Shown here: one piece after another, positions 11,834-21,800 of the stretch
Numbering within the stretch: the stretch's first letter is position 1
Layout of the letters: every line of letters starts with the position of its first letter
Assembly: GCA_043228905.1 (NCBI GenBank)
Contig: JBHGNT010000014.1
Coordinates: 7,254,001 to 7,318,000 of the forward strand
From: Azolla caroliniana
Taxonomy: Eukaryota; Plantae; Polypodiophyta
Length of the DNA stretch: 64,000 nt
Reading direction: 5' to 3'
Made by a program: the position numbers and the translations under genes
Notes under the pieces: generated by a model
Seen by the model: only the letters and a program-made list of their open reading frames with translations
Database searches by the model: none
What the model was told of the DNA's origin: nothing

Positions 11834-13018
11834 TCACGCCGGTGATTCTTGGCCCTTCGCCGCCGCCTTCCTCCGCTTGGCACTCACGTGGGACTCGGGC
11901 CCAACTGCCATTGTCTCGGGAGCAAGTGTGGGAAGACACAAGGAATCGCCCGTCCGTTTTACGCCCTTGTCCGTAGCCACCGGCTCTCCGTGGTCGGTGG
12001 TCGACTTCTTACCGATCGCGCAAGCCCCGTCTGGGCTTGCTTCTTCAATGACCGGGATCTCGAGCTGACACGCCCGAAACCGTTGGTCCCAACGTTCCGG
12101 TTCCGCGATCTGTATCTCGGCCTCGTCCTTGGCCGTTCTCTCTCCGCAAGTCGAGAGGGCGTTTCGATCCGCACCCTCTCCCGTGGTACCATCGTACCGA
12201 TCTTCCGCCATCGCGTGGGGCAAGTCCGTCTCCTCGGTCTCGGCTTCCGGCCCCGATCTTCCTTCTTCCTCGAGCATCGCTTTGAGAGCTTCGTACGCCT
12301 CCTCAATCCTGGACCCAACGCCGACCCTTGCCGACTCTCTTTGTCGTTCGGCCTCTTCCCGCTGTGATGGCACGCCGTCGCGTCCCTTCCTCTTAGCCCT
12401 CTCGGCTCACTCATCATCTAGCCGTTGGCACACCCTTCCGACCTTCGACCAGTCCTCCGTAAGCCCATTCGTTCCATCATCGTCTTCGAGCTCAATCCCG
12501 ATGGCTTCCTGTTCCGCTCGGTCAATCGACCAGACGAACAAAAGGACTTTGTCCGCCCCCATCAAACCTTGTTCCCACTCCGGGAGCGGAGCAAGCCGTC
12601 ACTCGAACTCTCGGAACGCCTTCGTCGCGCCCCGGTGGGTCTTTGCCGATGCTACCCATTGGTCGAAGTCGTGTCGTCCCCGGCTCTTCCGCCGTCCTCC
12701 GTATGCCTTCAAGAGCGCCTCTTTGAAGGCCTCCCACGAACCATGAGCCTCACGGAGCTCCTTTACTTCCGCATGCATCCGGACCGCTACGACCCGACAG
12801 AAGAACTCCAGCCTCAACGCCTCGTCTACGCCACGCCCCTCCATTTCCGCGTTGAAGGCTTCCAAGTAAGATGGGACTTTGTCCCCGTTGAAACGGCCGA
12901 CTCTTTCGACCACTCGCTCAACCGCTTGTTGCGCTGCTTCTCGCCTCATCACCACTCGTGCCGACTCCAACACCACTTCGGCCACCATCTCCGCAAGGTC
13001 GTCGTCTTCCGACTCCAT
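11834..13018 (-). pseudogene. gag: gag (capsid-like) of element C, with in-frame stops
   Basis: GRFNGDKVPSYLEAFNAEM..SWEAFKEALL..DKVLLFV..ELEDDDGTNGLTEDWSKV aligns with D gag GQFDGRNVTKFLDAYRREM..TWSEFEKMIL..DKTLYFL..LLEDDTQANGLVADWIAV. ORF 11834-12373 is in the same frame. Confidence 0.85.
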
Positions 13019-13033
13019 CCTCCCTTGCCGCCT

Positions 13034-13051
13034 TTCACGTCGGGTTCACCA
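13034..13051 (-). promoter_or_regulatory. PBS of C (tRNA-Trp)
   Basis: TGGTGAACCCGACGTGAA, identical to D's PBS and complementary to the recalled plant tRNA-Trp 3' end. Confidence 0.85.
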
Positions 13052-13055
13052 AACA

Positions 13056-13815
13056 TGTCGCATTGTTACGCGCGTGCGTGGAGAAAGGCGGGACCACGGG
13101 GGTCTTGGAGTAGGGAGCGACGGAGCGTAGGAAGTCACACTTCACCGTTTTCTGGGGCACCCCTGAAACACACCGGAAGCAGCCGAAGAGAGAGAGGGAG
13201 TGAGAGAGTGTGCTTGACACCGACTCATGCGCACGCGCACAAACACACACACACACACACCCTCTTGTACAGGAAATGCAGGGAAGGAGGGGAGCACCCG
13301 ACACCAACAATACGCCAATATACACAAACAGACGCAAACGTATATGTATATATATATATAAGAAGAATACACTCCCGGCTTCGAGCCGGACTAGGATAGT
13401 TTACAACAGTCGTCTGCTGTCAAGCCGCCGTCGGGGAGCTCTCGGGCTCGTCGCACCGAGGGGGGTCTTGCACAGGAGATAAGTTGCAGCCAACCCTAAA
13501 CGAACACGAAGGGGAAGAAGAAGAAGTAGAAGAAACCTAACCCTAAACCTACCGGTATACCCTCTAATCCAAAATGGGCAACCCTTTTACAAAGGGCGTT
13601 CCCTCCCTTTTATAGAACAAGGAGAGGGATGCGTTACAATGTGGGACAAATCCCGACTTTCATGGGATCGTCTGTCCCGACTTGACTACTCTTCGGCGCC
13701 ATAAAGGCGCCCTCAACATTCACACCCAATGTACATGGGTGCGTACAGACGCTGCACCCCGCCGATGTAGACAATGTTCCCCGGTTTTCGCCTATGGCCG
13801 AAATTCTTCACGACA
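13056..13815 (-). repeat. 5' LTR of element C
   Basis: Copy of 8947-9712, adjacent to the PBS. Confidence 0.95.
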
Positions 13816-14936
13816 ACGCGCTCTCAAATGAAGTGATAGTGCACTTCAATATGCTTTGTGAGTGCGTGGGACACCGGGTTCCAAGCCAGATATATACTAC
13901 TCATGTTGTCGTAGTAAAGGGGAGTCGGATCCTTGATGGGAACGCCCGGATCCTTCAAAATCCTCTTGAACCATACAGCTTCACATGCAGTTACGGTTGC
14001 ACCCTTGTATTCCGCCTCCGTACTCGAAAGAGCGATGGTAGGTTGCTTCTTGCTACTCCAGGAAATCACTCTACTGCCGAGGGAGAAGACAAATCCGGAG
14101 GTCGATCGTCGATCAGCTTTGTAGCCAACGTAGTCCGCATCTGTGTACCCTTTGAGTCGTATTGGTGTGGCCGATGCGTAGAGAAACGCCATAATCCATT
14201 GTGCCGCTCACATATCGTAATACTCGCTTAGCGCAATCCAAGTGAATGTCACGTGGTTTTTGCATGAATTGGCTGTGGAGTCGAACTGGATAGCTAAGGT
14301 CGGGTCGTGTGATCGTGAGATAGATGAGGCTCCCAATCAGTTGACGATATTGGGTCGGGTCGCACTCGTCTGTGCCAGAGTCAACATCTAGTTTGAGGTT
14401 TCGATCGAGAGCCGTAACGATCGATTTGCACTCAGTCATCTGGAACTTGTATAACAAGTTGAGAATGTAGTGCCATTGAGAGATCATAATACCAGCTGGA
14501 ATCCGAATTACTTCGATGCCAAGGAAGTAATGGAGCTCCTTCATGTCCGTCATCTCAAATTTTCCGGAGAGGAGGGACTTGACCTTGTTGATGTCGACTA
14601 GAATTTCACCTCCAATGACCAGATCATCCACGAATAGGATGATGACAATTAAGCTTCTAAAGTCGTGTCGTACATAGAGGGAGTTGTTAAATTTCGACAT
14701 TCGAAAGCCAATTTGATGAAGATATTGCATAATCTTTGAATGCCAAGCACGCGGTGCTTGCTTGAGGCCGTAGAGAGGCTTCTTGAGTTGGCATATGGCT
14801 TTTGGATGAATGCGTGATTCGAAGCTGGGTGGTTGTACCATGTACACCTCCTCGTCTAATTCTCCTTGAAGAAAGGCATTCTTGACGTCCATTTGGTGGA
14901 GGTGCCACCCTTTTGCCGCTGCAAGTGCGATCACGG
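13816..14936 (-). pseudogene. pol: Copia B pol: RT and RNase H segment
   Basis: [51 protein letters not shown]. Contains a frameshift. Confidence 0.93.
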
Positions 14937-15975
14937 TGTCGTGAAGATTTTCGGCAATAGTGTGAAAATCCCATAAAACGTACAAAAACGAGTATGAATC
15001 ACATAATACAATAATTGTGAAGATAACATTTTAAATAAATTTAGTATCTAAGTACAAAATGATGGAGGTTTCGAATGCACTTTATTACACGAGAAACGGA
15101 CAACTAAATGTCAAGATATGAGGGTATAAAGTTTGTGAAAGGAAAAGAGAAAATTGTGAGATATCCCACATAAGCACGACAAATACGGCTCTCATCATAT
15201 ATAAGGTAGAGCAAAAGCTATTATCTTTGTGTCTATGCGTGGAGCATAGAGAGTTCAAGGTAACTTGAACTAAGAGTGGAGGTAGGCTAGCTACTCGTAA
15301 AGGGTTTTGGCCTACCAAAACCGGACCGGCGATGGAGCCGGTGATCCGGCGGCATCCGGCGCCGGTGAGACGACGGCATCCGGCGAGGCACCGGTAACCG
15401 ACGGCATCCCACGAACCGGCGTCCGGTGACTAGATAAATAAATATATAAATATATATACATATACATGGAGGGCAAGTAAGGATTTGAACCTTGCACCTC
15501 CGAGTTAGGAGTCAATTGGCTTACCCTTAAGCCATGCCATTTAGTTGAATTTTTATTTCTATCATTGTACTCTTACATGTAAATTCTCATACATGAGAGC
15601 TAAAATGAGTGACATGGTTATCATGCACCACATGTAATACATAAGCGCCAAATGGAAAACATGCATTTTATTCATGTCTTGTACCCTCACATGCATCATA
15701 TGCATGAGAGCATCTATAAAAGAAGGAAGGGGGAGGAGAAAAAACAGCGGTTTTTTTTGTTATGAAATTAAGAAGAAGAAATTTGTTATCAAATTGATCG
15801 TGTAACTTGTTTCTTAAATCTAAAGTTAAAAGTTCAATCGATCTCTCTCAATCGTGTAATCTCAACTTCTCTCTTTCCCAATCTATCTTAAGCACTTTCT
15901 CGCTAAAATCCTTCCGGTCCAGAACCCCGGTGGTTCCGCCTCACAATCCGCGCGTAGTGACGGATCTTCACGACA
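14937..15975 (+). repeat. 5' LTR of Gypsy D
   Basis: Matches 31609-32676 except about 7 substitutions and a 29-bp deletion. TATAAAA near 15715. GC-rich 24-bp tandem units at about 15337-15410. Confidence 0.97.
15470..15538 (-). other. tRNA-like A-box/B-box module in the D LTR (second copy at 32142-32210)
   Basis: Minus strand reads GGCATGGCTTAAGGGTAAGCC...CAAGGTTCAAATCCTTA, with tRNA-like spacing. Not an intact cloverleaf. Confidence 0.6.
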
Positions 15976-15983
15976 TAATTCAG

Positions 15984-16001
15984 TGGTGAACCCGACGTGA
16001 A
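15984..16001 (+). promoter_or_regulatory. PBS of D (tRNA-Trp)
   Basis: TGGTGAACCCGACGTGAA, 8 nt after the LTR end. Confidence 0.85.
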
Positions 16002-16042
16002 AGAGGTGGTAGGAAGGATCAAGTCGAGATTAATACTTGGAG

Positions 16043-18241
16043 ATGGCATCCTCAAGCAACCAAGCGGGAGAGCTCGAAAGGATGATGCTAATCGTCGAGC
16101 AAATGATGAGATCTCGGGACAATGACGCGAGCGTGGAGAAGGTTGTCGATCGTGTCGTAGAGCTCGAGGGCCAATTCGATGGAAGGAACGTTACGAAGTT
16201 CCTTGATGCATATAGAAGGGAGATGAATTAGAGGGACGTGTCCGAGGCACGTCAAATCGTAAGCTTCAAGAGAGTTGTCGCCAACAACATCCAAAGACGC
16301 GTCATCGAGCTTCAAGAAGGTAAGACAACATGGTCCGAGTTCGAGAAAATGATACTAGCGGAGTTCGTGACTGAAGACTCAACGAGGATGACTCGACATG
16401 CCCTGATGAAGTGGATAGAGAAGAAGAATAAGAAGATGAGCGTCTCGAGGGTGTACGACGAATTCGACCAGATGTTTAGTCGTCTCCCCAATACGGACCA
16501 AGTGTTGCTGGAAGAGGACAAGACTTTGTACTTCTTGAAGGCCGTGGACATAAAGGATAGACGGGATTTGGGGACTCTTCTCGAAGATGATACCCAAGCA
16601 AATGGGCTCGTAGCGGACTGGATCGCGGTGAAGCGGGCATGCAATAGGCTTGACAAGCGTCGCCAATGGGTTGATGACACCGACTTGACGGGATCGACTA
16701 CCACGGAGAAAGCAAGACCGCCGAAAGTAGCTGAGCCGCCAAGACAAAGTAACGTGGAAGAAAAGAAGATTGATGACGACATCATTGAAGAGCTAGCGAA
16801 GAAGTTCGAGAAGGTCATGCTAGCCAACATGAATCGTCGGGGCCCTAAAGGAAAAGAACCCTTTAGATGCGTGTGGTGCGATAGCATGGACCACATGAGA
16901 AGGGATTGTGCGAGCCTTCGAGAGGCGATTCGACAAAATATCGTATACATAGAGGACAACATGATCTGCTCAAGCGAGACTAGAAGACCCCTACGGCTGA
17001 ATTTCGGAAGAGGAGGAATGAAGAAATCTATGGAGGATGCCGATGCGACTCATGTGGATGCGATGCACTATGCTGCGTCGGCCGGAATAAGAGTCGAAAA
17101 AGACAAGACTGAAGCTGCTAGAGCGGGAGCAAAGTTTTGGACTTCCGTTCTCGAATATGAGAAGAAGGGAAAAGTCACATCGAACGAGGTAGAGCTTGCG
17201 GACCGAAGCGTGCAAAGCATAACCGGGTGGTCGGATCCGGTGGACGACAACACCATACTCGCAGAGGTGATGTGTGACAACCACGAGGTGTTCATCGAAG
17301 AAAAGAGAAAGAGAATAGAAGAGCAAGGCCCATCAAAAAGACATGAAACAAGGAACGCGAAAAAGAAGGACGATGCAGAGATGAGTCGACCTTTACAAAC
17401 GGAGGAACGAGAATCAAGCCGAAAAGGGGAGCCGAGCATACGAGTTAAAGAAACGGTTCAGCCCGTGAAGGTTGGTGTCGAAGACCCCGCTCGGAGGACA
17501 AGGACTATACCTACCTATAAGCTAAGGTCGGACATAGAGCAGACGACGGACCTAAAGAAGATTCTCGAAGAACGAGTTCTTGATAGCCACGTAACTTTGT
17601 CCTTGAGGGAATTGCTTGGCATTATGAAGAAGGAGTTCCATGACATGATCGTGGACCTTGTAAAGAGAAAGAGACAACAATCGGACGAGGAAGAAGAGAA
17701 GCCGCAAAAAGCAAAAATGAATGCCATAACGATGGCAAGAGACGAAGTCGATGAAGATATGGTGGACAACCACTATACTCGACCTCATTGGGCACGAGCG
17801 ACAACGGAGACGTCGGTGAAGATCGGGGAGAAGAAAGAGACCGTGGTAGCCTTGATCGACCACGGCTCGGAGATCAGCCTCATGTCAACCGACTTCTACA
17901 AAAAAGGAAGATGGCCAATCAATACAAACCACTGATGGAAGATTCGCACGGCAACAAAGTCTACGGAGGACTTGTACGGAGCTTGTCCCAATATCAAAGT
18001 CATGATCGGGGATGTGGAGATGGATCAACACTTCTTTGTACAAGAATTGGCGTCGCATCCTGTCATCCTAGGGCAACCTTATATCACATCATCTCGGATG
18101 GAGACCAAAGTGTTTGATAATGGAGCAGCCTTCGCACGAATAAAGAGTCTTAACAACCAAAGATCGGTCCAATTCCTAACGGTGCGAGCCAATCATGAAA
18201 GGAATCGAGATAGTCTCGGAGGCGAATCCTCGGATTTTTAG
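16043..18241 (+). pseudogene. gag: gag-protease ORF of D, two premature stops
   Basis: ORFs 16037, 16238 and 17972 share one frame. CVWCDSMDHMRRDC knuckle, ALIDHGSEI aspartic protease and ILGQPY motifs. Confidence 0.9.
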
Positions 18242-18294
18242 AGCGGACTATTGAAGCATGGGGCACAAATAGTCCGAGCAATCACAAGACCCCA
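18232..18294 (+). promoter_or_regulatory. Putative -1 ribosomal frameshift signal of D (G_GAT_TTT plus pseudoknot)
   Basis: Heptamer 18232-18238 sits just before the gag-PR stop. Stem CGGACTATT/AATAGTCCG, with loop TGGGG able to pair with CCCCA. The -1 frame is open into pol once E and one TSD copy are removed. Confidence 0.8.
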
Positions 18295-18340
18295 CAAGAA
18301 AGAAGAGTGCGTGGATTGCGAGGAGAAGCAATATGTGTCA

Positions 18341-18755
18341 TGTTACCGGCCGGCAAGGAGTCCAAAATACGGAGTGAAGGAATTAATTAAGTATGGTTGT
18401 AAATAAGCATAGTGTGGACGAACGGACTGGAAACGGTATGCCGTTCCAGATCCGGACGGATCCCGAATAGGTGCGAGAGGCACCGTTTTGTACTACGGGC
18501 CGGAAACCTATTTAAAGGCCCGGACCCCATTGTAATCGGGGATAATTAATAGAGCATATGGTGTTTATACTTCTGTGTTGATTTCCGTTCTGTAATTACT
18601 GTTATATCTTACGCGTGTAATTAACCAAGCATTCTAATCGTGTAACTTACGTAAGTCGGTGTAATCGTTGAATCTTAATCCTATGCCGTAATCACCCTTT
18701 GGTGAAGTGTCTCCGTGACACCTTGTGTTAGGCCTTGTCCGGCCAGCGAATAACA
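18341..18755 (+). repeat. 5' LTR of Gypsy E
   Basis: TGTTA...TAACA termini. Copy at 27730-28144. Confidence 0.97.
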
Positions 18756-18761
18756 CAGTTT

Positions 18762-18771
18762 TGGCGACCAC
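18762..18771 (+). promoter_or_regulatory. PBS of E (probably tRNA-Arg(UCG))
   Basis: TGGCGACCAC, 6 nt after the LTR. 10-nt match to the recalled plant tRNA-Arg(UCG) 3' end. Confidence 0.65.
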
Positions 18772-18806
18772 GATTCCTGCTTTCTCGCAGCGAACGACGG
18801 TAATGG

Positions 18807-21800
18807 ATGACTAGACCAACGCACGACCTGGTTACAGACCGAGCTCGACGCCTCGCCGAACGGCAAAGACGGCGTGAGACTTTCCAGCAAGCAGCGCACG
18901 AAATTCGCTCGGATCGTTCGTTCTCCAACGAGATCCAGAGAGTCGCGGAGGAATCTCTTCGGTTACAGCAAACTCGCGACCAGGACGACGGAAGCAGTCT
19001 AAGTAGTCTCCGGGAAACCGAACACCTCCTGGCGGCGCTGGCAAGCGGAGAAAACGAGGCAGGAGCCTTTTCAGCCTACGAATCGGATTCCGAAGGGGGA
19101 TACAGCGTGCACACGAACTACCGGAGCAGCAACGATACCCCCGGCGGCCCGGAGGACGACGGGTCGGATATCGTGCCGACTCCAGAACCGGAACCGCAAA
19201 CGGAAGCCGTCAACCCATCAACACCGGAAGTGGAAGAAGCAAAGCCACCGACACCAACGAAAGAGCCGGCAAAGGTACCGGAAGACGAGCCGGTGAAAGA
19301 ACCGGAAAAAGAACCGGAAGAGGAACCGGAAAAAGCACCGGCAAAACAACCGGAAGTGGAACCGGAGAGGAAACCGGAAAGATATCAACAAACGCCACTA
19401 AACCGCGGCCTAATACTGGACGACGACATGTCGTTCCAATACTCAAAGTATCGCGATGATCCAGACGCGGAAGCGCATGTTCATGCCTTCGAGCAGACAT
19501 GGGAAGCAAATCACACGTCCCAGCGAATGACACCGGAGGAAGAAGAACGCTCGAAGATAGCGGAATTCGGGGTCACGTTGGAAGGACCAGCGACACGATG
19601 GCGGCGGACGCAGGACCCGGCCACCATCACAACCTTTGCAGAATTAAAAGCAAAATTCTTGCATTTTTTCCACAAGGAGGTCGACCAAACGACAATGGTG
19701 GGCCTGTTTTATACGATCCGACAGGAGGCAGGGGAAAGCATTCCCCAATTCGTCATCCGTTTCCAACGAATGCATAGCCAGCTTGCCCGTGCACCCCCGG
19801 AGGAGGAATTACGGACAATATTTTTAAACGCACTCCGGGAACCGTTACGCACGATGTGTACGGTAATCAACTTTCGAGGAAGCACCATTGACCAGGTCAT
19901 TGACCGGGTCAGAGAAATGGAAAAGTCAAGCTCATGGCTTACGCTGGGAACACTGCAACGGGCGTTACCCACCGAGGAAGATCTCCGGTTCCGGCAGGCA
20001 ATTCAATGCACAATCTGCTTGAATGCCGGACACTCGGCAGTGGAGTGCACCATGCGAACCCAGTGCGTGATTTGTCAATCCAAGAGTCATACAACGGACC
20101 GGTGCGAGTATAACCTGTTAAACCGACAAGCACCACCCGTCCGACGGATCGAGCCAAGAAGCAGCCGAGACGAAGATGACGATCGTTGGCAAAGAATGAA
20201 CCGGTACCGACCGGCACAGGATGCCCGGTACGGAGATAGACAAGAGAATGATGGCCGGTACGGGAATCGGCATGATAACTACGACCAGTATGAGCGATCG
20301 GACCGTTATCGGGAGTCCAACAGACGACACGAGCAATACGACAGAGACCATTCCCCTGGTTACCGGAAGCACCAGGAGGACTACGGCCGATTTTACGATC
20401 CACCACGACCGGACTACCGCAATAAAAATAAGAATAATAAGAAACGTAATTTCAAGAAAGGTGGTCACCCTAGGGACCCGGAACATGGAACCCCAAGGAG
20501 CCAACCGGCACAGAACGCACCACTCACTACGGGACCGACTCCGGCTACCAGCAATGCTGAATCCAGCAATACCCGTAAAGAGTACTGCTACTACTGCAGG
20601 CAGGAAGGCCACTACAGTAACCAGTGCCCGGTAAAGAGCTACGAGAAACGGCCAGCAGTTAATATGGTGGTTCCGGAAGTGACGGATGTACAGCAAGTAA
20701 CCACACGGTCGAAAGGCATGGCCAAAGAGTGGGAAACACAAGAGGCCATACGAAAACAGGCGACGGAATGGGTGAAGGAAGCCAATGGAAGGAACGTCGT
20801 GGACGTGGAACGGCAAAAGGCGAATACCATAGGGAGTACCGGCGGTAGCCACGCAGAAAACGAGACATGGCAAGCACTGCAAGAATGTCAGATCACGTTG
20901 CCATTAGGAAGACTCTTGCAGCTCGTGCTGCGATTTACGGAAGGACTAAAAACGGGCATGACAGACGGTATAGCCCCACCGGCACCAGTCCTCTTCTCGA
21001 ATCCGGAGGAGGGACCGACGGTGGTGGACACTAGTAGTCCGGTGATTACAGCTATTGTCAAAGGGCACGAACTTCCCGGCACAGTAATCGATGGAGGTTC
21101 CGGGGTGAACGTAATAAGCCTCCGCACGTGCAATGCCTTGGGTATACATGAATGGGAGCCATGTCCGTTCTGGCTACGGATGGCGGATACGAGCTCTGTA
21201 CGGCCGACGGGCTTAATACGGAAATTGGAAGTCACCATAGGAGGTCACACATTTCACATCTCGGCTGTAGTGCTGCAGCTACAGGCGCAAGGCGCGTACC
21301 CACTGTTGCTGGGCAGACCATGGTTGAAAACAGCACACATCAAGCAAAATTGGCGGAAAAATATGATTACCTTCCGGCGCGGAAAAGCCAAGGTCCGGGT
21401 ACCGACACAACCACGGACGAGCAACGGTAAGGAATGCACACCGCTGTATGCAGAATGCGTGAACATGCTTGAAGGGTTGGCAGACGACGAAGAAGCCCAG
21501 TACTTGGAGGAACACCCGAAGATCGTACCACTCTTCGAGATTGACGTGGCTGAAGCCGTAGCGCCATACTTGCCGCAACGGGACGAAACCGAAGCCGAAC
21601 CAGACAAAGATACGATTTGGGAATTACGGCAAGCACAGGAAGCGTTGGAACGGGAAATGACCGTTTCCCAACGGGTAAAAGCATCCCAGCTCCACGAAGT
21701 GAACCTAGGAAGCAAGGACGAATCAAAGCCGGTACACATCGCCAAAGAAATGAAGCCGGAAGATAAAGCGGCGATGATCAAACTTCTCACGGAGTTTCGC

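Larger units (their letters stand above)
8947..13815 (-). mobile_element. Non-autonomous gag-only Gypsy-type LTR element C, 4-bp TSD ACGT/ACGC
   Basis: LTRs 8947-9712 and 13056-13815. PBS at 13034-13051 and PPT at 9713-9725 on the minus strand. Gag is homologous to D's. No PR, RT or IN motifs seen. Confidence 0.9.

Noticed and set aside
15085-15515. Identical small ORFs repeated at 31757-32187
   Set aside because: They only reflect the D LTR duplication. No coding evidence.
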